Shown here piece by piece: positions 8,375 through 17,662 of a stretch of DNA of 34,570 bases (positions within the stretch are counted from its first letter, which is position 1; the number at the start of each line of letters is the position of its first letter). The translations under genes and the position numbers were made by a program. Location of the stretch: assembly GCA_045220525.1 (NCBI GenBank), contig JBGUVV010000338.1, positions 1 through 34,570 of the forward strand, read 5' to 3'. The notes below the pieces were generated by a model, which saw only the letters and a program-made list of their open reading frames with translations, made no database searches and had not been told where the DNA came from. This DNA comes from Kiritimatiellia bacterium. GTDB lineage: Bacteria; Verrucomicrobiota; Kiritimatiellia; RFP12; UBA1067.

Positions 8375-10158
8375 TTTCCAGCCTCCTTCCCGTCGTTTTT
8401 CCCGCCCGCGCCCAAAGACGACGTGCGTTCGACTTCGCGGACTGCCCACTTGTGGAACTGGTTGTCCTTGACGCCAAGCTTCAGCATCTCGTCAAGGACG
8501 GCCATCGTCTCCGGAGCGCCCGGCGAGACCGCCGCGCGCAGCCTGTATTCGGAGTAGAGCGACCTGTATTTCGCCGAAATCTCCTTGCGGGCGGCTGCGG
8601 CGCGGTCACGCCACTTCGCCAGCCGCGAAGCGTCCACTCCAATCGCCTCGCCGAGCTCGATCAGCCGCACGAGCGCAGAATCGCCGGCCGAGTCCGCGCG
8701 CTTGAAGAGGGCTCCTTCGATGATTTCCCTCTCTCGCTTCACCATCGGCGCAAACGACGCGTCAGACGGGTCGAATACGTCGACGAAGTCGGCCCACGCG
8801 GCGGCAAGCCCGTCGCCGGCGGAGGACTGATCCGACACGAACCTGTCGCGCGCAGGCACGAACGCGGAGAGGGCCTCCCAGCGCTCGTGGGCGAGGTCGC
8901 GCTCGCGGCGCACCGTCTCGCCCGACATGAACAGGTTGTCGGACATCCTGTCGAAACACTTCCCGAGGCGTTCCTTGGACTCTGCGAATCCGACTGTGCC
9001 CTCCTCCGCCGCCACCGCAAGGAACTTCGGCAGCTCCAACATGACGAAATCCATGATATCCTTGGCGTCGTCGTAGAAGCCGTCGGCGTCGCACTTCAGG
9101 AACATCGCGCGGTCGGAGCCGGCGAGGGTGTCCTTAAGGCGATTCCAGTCGCCCTTCTTGACGGCGCGCTGTATCGCGTCGACGTCCTTGAGGAAGCGCA
9201 GGATGTCCCTGACTTCCCTCTCCATGGCGGCGGCTTCCTCCCCCTGGATGTGCCCGAGCAGCTGCTCGCCGCGCCGGATGAGGTCAATGGTGACGGGAGA
9301 CGGCTCCGCCTTGAGTATCGAGGGGAACGTGCGGAAGCAAGCCAGCTGGTAGACGAACACGTCTTCATCCGTATGGGCGTGCTGCACGCCGTCCTCGGCG
9401 TACGGGCGGTCGATGCGGACGGCGCCGCTTCTGGCGGCGACGGACGCGTCGACGGACGCGGCCATGCGCGAAAGCGCGGCGGCGGCCAGGGCGACGGCAC
9501 CTACGACGACGAGGCCCAGCATCAGCGCGTAGCGAACCCCTCGCGCAGGCCACGCGAACGGGTTGCCGCTCTTGACGGCGGAGGCGGCGTCCGCGGCCTT
9601 GAGGACCATGCCCTGGAACGGACCTACTGAGAACAGCGTCGCATACGGAACGGAAAGCCTGCGCGACTCGCCGGTGACGACGTCGATTCCGTCGTTTGTC
9701 GGGAATATCTCGCAGAGCTCGGCGCCCGGCACGGCCGGGTTCACCGCATACGCCCCGCCGTCCGACTCGGCGACCGCGTTGCGGCCCTGCACAATGGGGT
9801 CGGCGGCGACGGCGCTTGAGCCAACGCGCCAGAGCAGCACATCGCCATCGGCGGAGCCTTCGCGCTCTATGCGGAATATCCAAGGCCCGAGCGCACAGGC
9901 GACGCCTGCCATGAGATGCATGTCCGGGGCGGTCTTCGGACCGGACGACACCGGCATGTCGGCCTTTGACGAGGCAAGCGTCCAGCCGTCCTCGTCTGGA
10001 ACGAGCGCACCGATTACGTCCGCCCCCTTTTCCACGATGTCGGCGAGAACCGGCGTCTCGCCGTCCGCGACGACCATCATCGGCCTGCGATCCCCGGAAA
10101 GGTCGCGCTCGAGGAGGGTTTTGCCCGCCGTAGAGTATAGCTTAAGGTTTTCCTGCAT
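8371..10158 (-). CDS. Hypothetical bitopic membrane protein (595 aa) co-transcribed with the Tad-like genes
   Basis: Strong RBS (GGAGGAGGG 7 nt upstream of the ATG at 10158). It has a ~215-aa N-terminal soluble domain, one TM (YALMLGLVVVGAVALAAAAL) and a ~355-aa helical acidic C-terminal domain. I recognise no family. Confidence 0.7.
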   Translation of the reverse strand: MQENLKLYSTAGKTLLERDLSGDRRPMMVVADGETPVLADIVEKGADVIGALVPDEDGWTLASSKADMPVSSGPKTAPDMHLMAGVACALGPWIFRIEREGSADGDVLLWRVGSSAVAADPIVQGRNAVAESDGGAYAVNPAVPGAELCEIFPTNDGIDVVTGESRRLSVPYATLFSVGPFQGMVLKAADAASAVKSGNPFAWPARGVRYALMLGLVVVGAVALAAAALSRMAASVDASVAARSGAVRIDRPYAEDGVQHAHTDEDVFVYQLACFRTFPSILKAEPSPVTIDLIRRGEQLLGHIQGEEAAAMEREVRDILRFLKDVDAIQRAVKKGDWNRLKDTLAGSDRAMFLKCDADGFYDDAKDIMDFVMLELPKFLAVAAEEGTVGFAESKERLGKCFDRMSDNLFMSGETVRRERDLAHERWEALSAFVPARDRFVSDQSSAGDGLAAAWADFVDVFDPSDASFAPMVKREREIIEGALFKRADSAGDSALVRLIELGEAIGVDASRLAKWRDRAAAARKEISAKYRSLYSEYRLRAAVSPGAPETMAVLDEMLKLGVKDNQFHKWAVREVERTSSLGAGGKNDGKEAGK

Positions 10159-10173
10159 GGCGTATCCCTCCTC

Positions 10174-11250
10174 CTACTCGGCGTCCTCGGCCGGAATCTT
10201 CGTTGCGAGGATGTCCGCCGCGCGGCGGGCGTCAAGCCTCTCGCCGGTCAGCGTGGCGTGCTTCATTATCCACTTCGCCTGCCGCCGCGCCTTCTGCCAG
10301 TCGCGCATGGCGACGGCCTTGTCCAGCACCACGAACCACTCGGCGACGTCGCGGTTGCGCTTGTCCAGCAGCGCCTTGTAGCGCGCGAACGCCTCCGAGC
10401 CAAGCGCGACGCGCTCCTGCCTGATCGACGACATGAGCGTCAGCGCCTCGCGGTAGTGGCGGAGGGCCGGCAGCAGCGCAGACTCCGGCTCCGACTCCAC
10501 GCGGGCTGCGAAGAGGTCCCACAGGGCCATTTCGCGTCCGATCTTGAGCTGCGTCGCCTCGTTGAGCTCGGCTGTCAGCCGCCCGGAGTGGACGACAGGC
10601 CTGTCGATCTGCTCGCGCAGATCGGGAAGGACCATGTTCTCGAACAACCCCCTGAAGAACTCCCTGGTCTCGGCCGACGCCACCTTGTCGTCGTCGGCCT
10701 GCAGCGCCCAGATGAGATAGCACACGTCGCCGGCGTAGAAGACAAGGCCCTCGCCATTATGCACCCCCGCGTCGAAAAGCATCCTGACCGCGCTGATGCC
10801 GGGCTTCACGGTCAAGATCTCCGTGCCGATGGCGGAGAGGACCATGTCGCCGACAATGCCCTTCAGGTGCTCCGAGGTGATGTCCTCGTCGAGCGTCTTC
10901 AATATCACCGTCGGATTCTCGTCCAGCGCATGATACGCAAAGCCCGGGTCGCGCAAGGCGTCGATGTGCAGCACCGGTGCCGCGTCCACGACGTTCTTGA
11001 ACACCGTGACCGAATCCTCCTTTACGGAATACGAAGCCCATCCTACGGGGAGCGTCACCGTGTAGAGCGGCATCTCCACCCTCGTCGGAGCTGGCTCCGC
11101 GAGCCGCCCACGCGCCTTCTGGAGCGCGCCGAAGGCGTTGTAGAGCCAGAGAAACGCGCAGAACAGCGCAAGCAGCACGAACGCGCCGAGCGCAACGCGC
11201 GCCGAATAGGCCGTCGGCACTATCGCCGGTTTTAGGTTTGTCTTGTCCAT
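10174..11250 (-). CDS. Hypothetical N-terminally anchored protein (358 aa) downstream of tadC
   Basis: TM at VALGAFVLLALFCAFLWLY, then a mixed beta domain (YTVTLPVGWASYSV...) and a helical, repeat-like C-terminus. Only 7 nt separate it from the tadC stop. I recognise no family. Confidence 0.7.
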   Translation of the reverse strand: MDKTNLKPAIVPTAYSARVALGAFVLLALFCAFLWLYNAFGALQKARGRLAEPAPTRVEMPLYTVTLPVGWASYSVKEDSVTVFKNVVDAAPVLHIDALRDPGFAYHALDENPTVILKTLDEDITSEHLKGIVGDMVLSAIGTEILTVKPGISAVRMLFDAGVHNGEGLVFYAGDVCYLIWALQADDDKVASAETREFFRGLFENMVLPDLREQIDRPVVHSGRLTAELNEATQLKIGREMALWDLFAARVESEPESALLPALRHYREALTLMSSIRQERVALGSEAFARYKALLDKRNRDVAEWFVVLDKAVAMRDWQKARRQAKWIMKHATLTGERLDARRAADILATKIPAEDAE

Positions 11251-11257
11251 TGTCTGT

Positions 11258-12142
11258 CTACCTGTTTAAGAACTGAATCAAGAGCGGTGCGAAGAGGACT
11301 ATGAATATGCCCGGAAGGATCAGCAGGAGGAGCGGGAACGACATGTTCACCACAGCCTTCTGCGCCCGGGCCTGCGCCTTGACGCGTGCGGAGTGGCGGA
11401 TGAGCGAGGCGGCGCTCCTGAGGTTGTCGGCGACGGACGTGCCCATCTCAAGGGACTGCGCAAGAGTCGAAAAGACCGCATTGGCCTCGTTGGTGCCCAC
11501 GCGCGAGGCAATGTTGTTGAGCGCCTGCGCGAGCGACGTGCCTATCGCGACCTCGGCGATGGCGCGGGAGAGCTCGTCTCGCACGGGGCCCTTCGCCGTC
11601 ACGTCGATGACGGCCCTGATGGCGGAAAGCAGGTCTCCGCCGGACTGCGCGACGAGCCTCATCACGTCGAGGGAGCCTGGAAGGTCGCGCGTAAAGCGCC
11701 TCGCGCGGTCCTGCGCCGCCGCCTTCAATGACGACTCGGGGTAGGCATAGAGCAGCACCGCGAACGCAACCGCAATGAATAGCGCCGCCGCGCCGGAAAG
11801 GCCCAGCAAGGCGCACAGCGGCACGATCACCGCGAAACCCAGCACGGGGAATACGAAGCGAGCCGCGAACACTTCCTCCGCCGTCGCGCCCTCCATGAAC
11901 ACTCCGCCCGCCTGCGTGACGAGCTTCTCTATCCTCTGGACCGCCTTGTCCATCTCGTGGTCGGTTTCGCGGCGCCGCGCCACGACGAGAGCCGGCAGGG
12001 CGAGGAGAGCCCTCAGCGCCGACCCGCCCTCGCGCATGCCGCGAGACGCGCCGAGCGTTTCCCTTGCGAGGATGAACGAGAGCGCCGCCGCCGAGACGGC
12101 GGAACAGGACAGCGCCACAACCATGTCAATGTCCAAGCCCAT
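11258..12142 (-). CDS. tadC: Tad platform protein TadC-like (T2SS-F domain)
   Basis: The T2SSF-type segment LPGSLDVMRLVAQSGGDLLSAIRAV...GTSLAQALNNIASRV and a C-terminal TM are typical of TadC/CpaH. It lies 4 nt after the tadB stop. Confidence 0.85.
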   Translation of the reverse strand: MGLDIDMVVALSCSAVSAAALSFILARETLGASRGMREGGSALRALLALPALVVARRRETDHEMDKAVQRIEKLVTQAGGVFMEGATAEEVFAARFVFPVLGFAVIVPLCALLGLSGAAALFIAVAFAVLLYAYPESSLKAAAQDRARRFTRDLPGSLDVMRLVAQSGGDLLSAIRAVIDVTAKGPVRDELSRAIAEVAIGTSLAQALNNIASRVGTNEANAVFSTLAQSLEMGTSVADNLRSAASLIRHSARVKAQARAQKAVVNMSFPLLLLILPGIFIVLFAPLLIQFLNR

Positions 12143-12146
12143 GCCG

Positions 12147-12884
12147 CTACACCCTTATGTCGACGATCTTGCGGATCCAGAGGTACGCCACCCCCTGCAT
12201 CCCGAACAGCACCAGAAGCGTGGCAAGCCCCGCCCCGGTCGTGAAGAGCGGCGCGACGAGCTCGCGCCTGACGAGCCCGAGTATGAGCATGAGCGCCATC
12301 GGCAGGGCGCTCATCACGATCGCCTGCATGCGCCCTTCCGTCGTCATGGCCCTCAGCTCGTCCTCGAAGGCGAGGTTGTCCCTCAAGAGCGCCGAGAGCA
12401 TCCTGTAGCTCTCGGCGAGGTTTCCTCCGCGCGCGACGCCGATCTTCGAGGCGATGACGACCATCTGCACGTCGGAGATGGGAACGCGCCTTGCGAAGTT
12501 GTCGAACGCGCCGCCGATGGAGAAGCCGAGCTTCGTGTCGTAGATGATCCTCGCGAACTCCTCCGCCATCGTCTGCGGGAAGTGCTCGAGGTTGCGCATG
12601 AGCGCCTGCGGCAGGGTAAGCCCGGCTGTGAGCGAGTTCGCCGCCATGTCGAGCGCGTCCGGCAGCTCCGCGCGAACCTTCGCCGCGCGCCGCGCGCGCA
12701 TCCGAACCGCGATGAACTCCGGCATGGCCGAGCCGGCGCCCGCGCGCGCCGCGCGCGCCATCAAGTCGTCGCCGTCGCCGCCATTCGCCTTTTCCGCCGC
12801 GTCAAGGCAGCCCTTCACCGCGATTCCGACGAGAACCGCGAGCGCCGCTATGGCGGCAAAGGCCAGCAATAGGTCGAGCGTCAT
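12147..12884 (-). CDS. tadB: Tad platform protein TadB-like (T2SS-F domain)
   Basis: The track ORF 12147..13676 is over-extended into cpaF. The ATG at 12884 (MTLDLLLAFAAIAALAVLV) forms an ATGA overlap with the cpaF stop. LPDALDMAANSLTAGLTLPQAL is the T2SSF motif. Confidence 0.85.
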   Translation of the reverse strand: MTLDLLLAFAAIAALAVLVGIAVKGCLDAAEKANGGDGDDLMARAARAGAGSAMPEFIAVRMRARRAAKVRAELPDALDMAANSLTAGLTLPQALMRNLEHFPQTMAEEFARIIYDTKLGFSIGGAFDNFARRVPISDVQMVVIASKIGVARGGNLAESYRMLSALLRDNLAFEDELRAMTTEGRMQAIVMSALPMALMLILGLVRRELVAPLFTTGAGLATLLVLFGMQGVAYLWIRKIVDIRV

Positions 12885-14479
12885 GACACCCCCGCGAATA
12901 TCGACTCGTCGAGCGGCACGCCCCTGAGCCGGAAGTCCTCGAAGAACGTTGGCCTTGCGACGACGACATGGCGCCCGAGCACCTTGCGCGTCTCGGGGTC
13001 GACGCCCTCGCGCTTGAACTCGAAAAGCGTCCTCAGCTTTGCATTGCCGTGCTCGTCGAGCCCGCAGACCTCGGCGATCTCTATCGTCTTGCGCGAGCCG
13101 TCGGAGAGCCGTGCGGTCTGCACGATGATCGACACCGCGCTCGCGATCTGCGCACGGATGGCCGAAAGCGGCATGTCCATGCCGGCCATGAGGCACAGCG
13201 TCTCGAGACGCGAGACCGTGTCGCTCGGCGTGTTGGCGTGCACCGTCGTGAGCGAGCCGTCGTGGCCCGTGTTCATCGCCTGTAGCATGTCGAGGGCCTC
13301 GCCGCCACGGCATTCGCCGACGACGATGCGGTCGGGCCTCATTCGCAGGCAGTTCTTCACGAGATGGCGTATCGAGACCTCGCCCTTGCCCTCGGCGTTC
13401 GCGGGGCGCGCCTCCATCCTTACGACATGGCTCTGCTGGAGCTTGAGCTCGAGCGAGTCCTCGACGGTGATGATGCGCTCCGTCGGGCCGATGCAGAGCG
13501 AGATCGCGTTCAGGAGCGACGTCTTTCCGGAGCCCGTGCCGCCGGAGACGACGATGTTCTTCCTCAGCGCGACGCACGCGTCGATGAACTTCATCATCTC
13601 GGGGCTCATCGACCCGAACGAGACGAGCTTGTCGAGCGTGAAGAGCGACTTTCCGAACTTTCGTATCGTCAGGCACGCGCCGTCGGGCGTGATCGGCGGG
13701 ATCACGGCGTTGACGCGCGAGCCGTCGACAAGGCGCGCGTCCACAAGCGGGCTCGACTCGTCGATGCGGCGGCCGACCTTGTTGACGATGCGCTCGATGA
13801 CGCGTATGAGGTGGCCGGGGTCGCGGAAGTGGCGGTCGGTCAACGCCACCTTGCCCTTGCGCTCGACGTAGATGTGGCGGTAGTCGATCACCATTATCTC
13901 GGTGATGGAGTCGTCGGCGATGAGCGGCTCGAGCGGCCCGAGGCGCAGCATGTCCTCGATCGTCTCGCGCTTGAGCTCCTCGACTACGCCCTTCTCGAGT
14001 CCTGCGAGCTCGGCCGTCCCGCGCGCGATCAGCTCGTCGAGGAACGACCCGATGCGCACCTCAAGTTCGCGCTCGTCGTCGGAGGTCGAGCTCGAGAGGT
14101 TGCGCGAGAGACTCGCGAGCGCATGCGAGTAGAGGATGTCGGAAGCCACCTCGCGGCGGCTCTTCCTGCCCTCCGACGCCTCGCACGAGACGTCGAACTC
14201 GAACGAGGCGACCTTGACGTGCGCCCCGGAGACGACGGGATCGGCGGCCGTCGCACGCCCGTTGACCTCGAGCCGCCCGTCGGCGGCCATGTCGCCGACC
14301 CACCAGACGCTGCCCATCGGCGAGAACGACACCTGCTGCGGCGCAAGGCCGAACTCCGCCGAGACGACGATGTCGCAGCTCGGGGCCGAGCCGAGCGTGA
14401 ACACCTCGCCTTGCTTCCCCTCCTGCGGGCTCAGAGTGGCTATGCGCTTGCCGTTCTGCGTGAATATGAGAGGTTTCAT
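12881..14479 (-). CDS. cpaF: CpaF/TadA-type secretion ATPase with an N-terminal FHA-like domain
   Basis: Walker A is GGTGSGKTS, and RPDRIVVGECRGGEALDMLQAMNTGHDGSLTTVHAN is the CpaF signature. The first ~100 aa (FTLGSAPSCDIVV...DGRLEVNGR...VSGAHVKVASFEFDV) have an FHA-like pattern. Confidence 0.92.
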   Translation of the reverse strand: MKPLIFTQNGKRIATLSPQEGKQGEVFTLGSAPSCDIVVSAEFGLAPQQVSFSPMGSVWWVGDMAADGRLEVNGRATAADPVVSGAHVKVASFEFDVSCEASEGRKSRREVASDILYSHALASLSRNLSSSTSDDERELEVRIGSFLDELIARGTAELAGLEKGVVEELKRETIEDMLRLGPLEPLIADDSITEIMVIDYRHIYVERKGKVALTDRHFRDPGHLIRVIERIVNKVGRRIDESSPLVDARLVDGSRVNAVIPPITPDGACLTIRKFGKSLFTLDKLVSFGSMSPEMMKFIDACVALRKNIVVSGGTGSGKTSLLNAISLCIGPTERIITVEDSLELKLQQSHVVRMEARPANAEGKGEVSIRHLVKNCLRMRPDRIVVGECRGGEALDMLQAMNTGHDGSLTTVHANTPSDTVSRLETLCLMAGMDMPLSAIRAQIASAVSIIVQTARLSDGSRKTIEIAEVCGLDEHGNAKLRTLFEFKREGVDPETRKVLGRHVVVARPTFFEDFRLRGVPLDESIFAGVS

Positions 14480-14494
14480 CGCTGCCCTTCCGTA

Positions 14495-15949
14495 TTACGG
14501 CATCTCGACTTCGACCTTGCGGCCCTTGAGCTCCCTGAACTGCTCCGCGTCGGCTCCCGCTTCGCCCTCAAGCGCCCAGTTCACGGTCACGACGAGCATC
14601 ATCTCGTCCATGTCGACGTTCGTCGACGTGTTGCCGAAGAGATACGGCCCGACCCACGGAATATGGGAAAGCCACGGGGTTCCGGTCTTCCCCTCGCTCT
14701 CCTTCTTGCTAGTAAAGCCAGAGAGGATTATCGACTCGCCGGGGCGCAGCAGGTATTTCGAGTTCGTCTGGTAGCGGGATACCTTGTAGTCCTTTGTGCC
14801 TGTCTCGGTGCCGAGATACTCCTTGTTGTCGAGGTTCAGGTCGAGGTTTATCGTGTTGGAGTCCACGATGAACGGCGTCGCCTTTACGGTGTAGCCGTAT
14901 TCTATCTCCTTCACGTCGCCGGAGCTCAGGGCCCCGCCCGTCGTCTCCTTGTATATCTTGCCGCCGTTCTGGAACGTGGCCTCCACGCCCGACTGCGTCG
15001 AGAGAGCCGTCGAATACGCCGTCTTGGCCGCTCCGTTGCTCTTGAGCATGTTGATCGTCGCGCTGATTTCCGCGTTGGCCCCTATGCTGGCCCCTATGTC
15101 GCCGGTGCCGGTGTTCTTGATTTCCTCGGTGCGCGTGCCGTTGTTTACGTTGTTCACGTACTCGGTCTTCCACTTAAGCTTCCCGTTGATGGCGTCGGGG
15201 CCCCTGAAGCCGAGGTTGCGCGACATCTTGTCGTTGTACTGGACGAGCTCGACGCCGATCATTATCTTCTGCTTTATGATCTTGAGGTCGTCGGTGTTTA
15301 CGGTGATGCCGGGGAAGTCCCTGACGAAGCCCTCCACGCGCTTCCTGAGCTGGTCTATCGCCTGCGCGTCGTACATGCGCCCCGAGAGGCACACCTCGCG
15401 CCCGACGACCTTGACGGATATGCTGTTCGTCATCCCGGCGCGGACGAGGAAATCCTTGACGAGGTCGCATATCTGCGCCGTCGAGTACGTGACCTGCGAG
15501 ACTATGCGCGTCTGGTCGAGGTTCTTCACGCTCTCTGCGCGCTTGAGGGTGTCGATGTTCGCAGTCGCGCCCGAGACTACTATCTTGTCGCCAGCTATCG
15601 AGATCGAGACCTCGGGGTCGTCGGCGAACATCTTGTTCAGGAGCTCCCAGTACGGAGGCACGACCATCACGTTGCGCGTCGCGAACACGCCGCGCTCGTC
15701 GTCGACATAGGCGAAGACCGCCTCGCCGAGGCGAGTCCCCGACACTATCGCCTCGCCGGACTCGCGCAGCGCGGCGGAGAAGACGGCGGAGTTGGAACTT
15801 CTCACCGACGTCGCCTTGAGAGAGTCGAACGACAGCGTCTCGCCCTCGACGACGGTAACGTCGGGCATCTTGCGGACGACCGCCGCCTGCGCCGCGAACG
15901 CGGCGAACACGGCCAAGGCCGCAAACGTTTTCAGCTTTGAGTCAGTCAT
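14495..15949 (-). CDS. cpaC: Tad secretin (CpaC/RcpA family)
   Basis: The C-terminal secretin motif is TPWLSHIPWVGPYLFGNTSTNVDMDEMMLVVTVNW. It also has an N-terminal pilus-assembly N-domain pattern and a signal peptide (FAALAVFAAFAAQA). The start is chosen at ATG 15949 (AAAGGA RBS); the alternative is 15967. Confidence 0.9.
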   Translation of the reverse strand: MTDSKLKTFAALAVFAAFAAQAAVVRKMPDVTVVEGETLSFDSLKATSVRSSNSAVFSAALRESGEAIVSGTRLGEAVFAYVDDERGVFATRNVMVVPPYWELLNKMFADDPEVSISIAGDKIVVSGATANIDTLKRAESVKNLDQTRIVSQVTYSTAQICDLVKDFLVRAGMTNSISVKVVGREVCLSGRMYDAQAIDQLRKRVEGFVRDFPGITVNTDDLKIIKQKIMIGVELVQYNDKMSRNLGFRGPDAINGKLKWKTEYVNNVNNGTRTEEIKNTGTGDIGASIGANAEISATINMLKSNGAAKTAYSTALSTQSGVEATFQNGGKIYKETTGGALSSGDVKEIEYGYTVKATPFIVDSNTINLDLNLDNKEYLGTETGTKDYKVSRYQTNSKYLLRPGESIILSGFTSKKESEGKTGTPWLSHIPWVGPYLFGNTSTNVDMDEMMLVVTVNWALEGEAGADAEQFRELKGRKVEVEMP

Positions 15950-15981
15950 TACAATCCTTTCATCCATTCATCATTGTAGAT

Positions 15982-16791
15982 TCAGTTCTGAAACGCCCTG
16001 ACCGTGTCGCCAAACGACACGCCGGGAGCGACCGTCACGTTTATGCGGTCCTGCTCGGTCTTAGTGTCGCGCACGTTCCTGAGGAGATAGGTGATCTGGC
16101 CCATCGTCCGCGCCTGCACCATCATGATCGCCGCCTTGGTGGGCAGCGCGAGCGTCATGGTGCCGTAGCCGGACGGGTTCGCCTCGAGGTCGTATTCGCG
16201 GTCGGCGGCGAGCACCGGGACGTTCTGGAGGATCACGCTCGAGACGACGCGTGCGCCGGCCGCCTGCGCAGCCTGGCCGACGACAAGGCCAAGCTTGTCC
16301 TCGGAGGCCGTTAGCACCACGTCGATGCGGCTTCCCGGGCGGATGAACCCGCAGACGGAGCTGACGGAGTCGACAGGCACGGTGACCGCGCGGCAGCCGT
16401 CGGGGATGAGGTCGGCGAACGGAGCCTTCTTGGCGGTCTCGATGTCGATCCAGAAGAGCGGGGTGTTCGCCGCGACGAGGCGCTTCGCCTTGCGCTTGAC
16501 GACCTTTTCGAGGACGTCGGCGAACGCCTTCTGGAATTCGGGCGAGCCCTTTGCGGGCAGGGCGATATGCATGTTGGATAGCGACTCGAACGGTATCTCG
16601 GCCGAGCCGAGCATCTCCTCGCCTATCTCCGAGCCCTCCTTTATCTCCATCGTCGCCACGAGGATGGACGCCTTCGGCGACGGCGGCACCGCTGTTTGCC
16701 GGGATATGTACTTGTTCACGGCCACTACCGCGAACAGGCCTACCAAAACCGCCGCGACTGCAGCGAGCTTTGTGTGGTTGTCAGTCTTCAT
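15982..16791 (-). CDS. cpaB: Flp pilus assembly protein CpaB/RcpC-like (SAF domain)
   Basis: N-terminal TM, then ILVATMEIKEGSEIGEEML (SAF-like) and the RcpC-like region VTVPVDSVSSVCGFIRPGSRIDVVL. AAGGAAAGGA RBS. Confidence 0.85.
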   Translation of the reverse strand: MKTDNHTKLAAVAAVLVGLFAVVAVNKYISRQTAVPPSPKASILVATMEIKEGSEIGEEMLGSAEIPFESLSNMHIALPAKGSPEFQKAFADVLEKVVKRKAKRLVAANTPLFWIDIETAKKAPFADLIPDGCRAVTVPVDSVSSVCGFIRPGSRIDVVLTASEDKLGLVVGQAAQAAGARVVSSVILQNVPVLAADREYDLEANPSGYGTMTLALPTKAAIMMVQARTMGQITYLLRNVRDTKTEQDRINVTVAPGVSFGDTVRAFQN

Positions 16792-17662
16792 CTTGGTTTC
16801 CTTTCCTTTGAATGTAAACTTCGTCGTCGGTGAAGCGGTAGTTGACGTCGCATCCGCCGCCCTCGCGCTGAACAGCCTCGTAGTAGAGGGTCAGGTTGTC
16901 CTTCGTCCAGCTCGCCGCGCCGCGGGGGCTGGACTTCTCGCCCTCGCCGGGGATCGCGCCAAACAGGCTCTCGCGCCAGCCGGCCTCTCGCGCGGCGGAC
17001 GACACCTTCCGCCGCGCCTCCAGCGCGGAGACGTCCGCCACGCAGTGGACGATAAGCGCCGCGCCCGCCCCTCTCTCGACGAGGTGGACGAGCAACGGGC
17101 TCCCGACCACTACATTGCGCAGGACCGGCGGCATCAGCTCCTTCACGCGCGCCGCGCTCCGCCGAGCGAGGTCGTCCGGCGTGACGACCTCCCCCGCCGT
17201 AGGCACGAGCTCCGCCGGTATCACGAAATCCTCCAGCAGCGTGTCGTTCCCCGCTATGGGCCTCAGCTCCCTGAGGGCGATCGACCCCTCCGGCGTCTTG
17301 TACACGCGCTCCATGCCGGAGAGGTTGCCTATCGTCAGGGCGTTCTCGTCGTCAAGACGCTCCCAACCGGCGCTCGCAGCCTTCTCCTCCGCAACGTCCG
17401 CCGCGAGGGAATACGGGATCCCAAGCCGTTCCGCGCGGCGGCGGACGGAAAGGCCCGCGATGTTGACGTGAAGCTCCTCCGGCACCATCTCGGCGAGCGA
17501 GTGCGCCCTCGGCGCTGGCACGACCGGCATCTCGACGGACCCGACGTCGCGCTCCGCGCGGTAGGCGCGGGTCATCGCGGCGCGGATCGTCCAGCGCACG
17601 GCCATGACCGCGGCGACGGCCACGGCCAGGGAAAGCGCCGTTCTCGCTATCTTGCCCTTCAT
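16781..17662 (-). CDS. Hypothetical N-terminally anchored protein (293 aa) between the pseudopilin genes and cpaB
   Basis: The track ORF 16781..17815 is over-extended. The ATG at 17662 (MKGKIARTALSLAVAVAAVMAV) overlaps the upstream stop by 1 nt (TGATG). I recognise no family. Confidence 0.65.
   Translation of the reverse strand: MKGKIARTALSLAVAVAAVMAVRWTIRAAMTRAYRAERDVGSVEMPVVPAPRAHSLAEMVPEELHVNIAGLSVRRRAERLGIPYSLAADVAEEKAASAGWERLDDENALTIGNLSGMERVYKTPEGSIALRELRPIAGNDTLLEDFVIPAELVPTAGEVVTPDDLARRSAARVKELMPPVLRNVVVGSPLLVHLVERGAGAALIVHCVADVSALEARRKVSSAAREAGWRESLFGAIPGEGEKSSPRGAASWTKDNLTLYYEAVQREGGGCDVNYRFTDDEVYIQRKGNQDED

Noticed and set aside
8371-10158. Possible FHA-like domain in the N-terminus of the 595-aa protein, pairing with FHA-CpaF
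   Set aside because: Only vague resemblance (LLWRVGSS...VQGRNAV). No G-R...S-x-x-H...N-G pattern could be aligned by eye, so it is too weak to claim.
13364-15940. 858-aa plus-strand ORF, one of the longest in the track
   Set aside because: It is entirely antisense to cpaF and the secretin, which carry unmistakable conserved motifs. Its translation is Arg/Ala/Leu/Asp-rich low-complexity sequence typical of stop-free antisense frames in GC-rich DNA.
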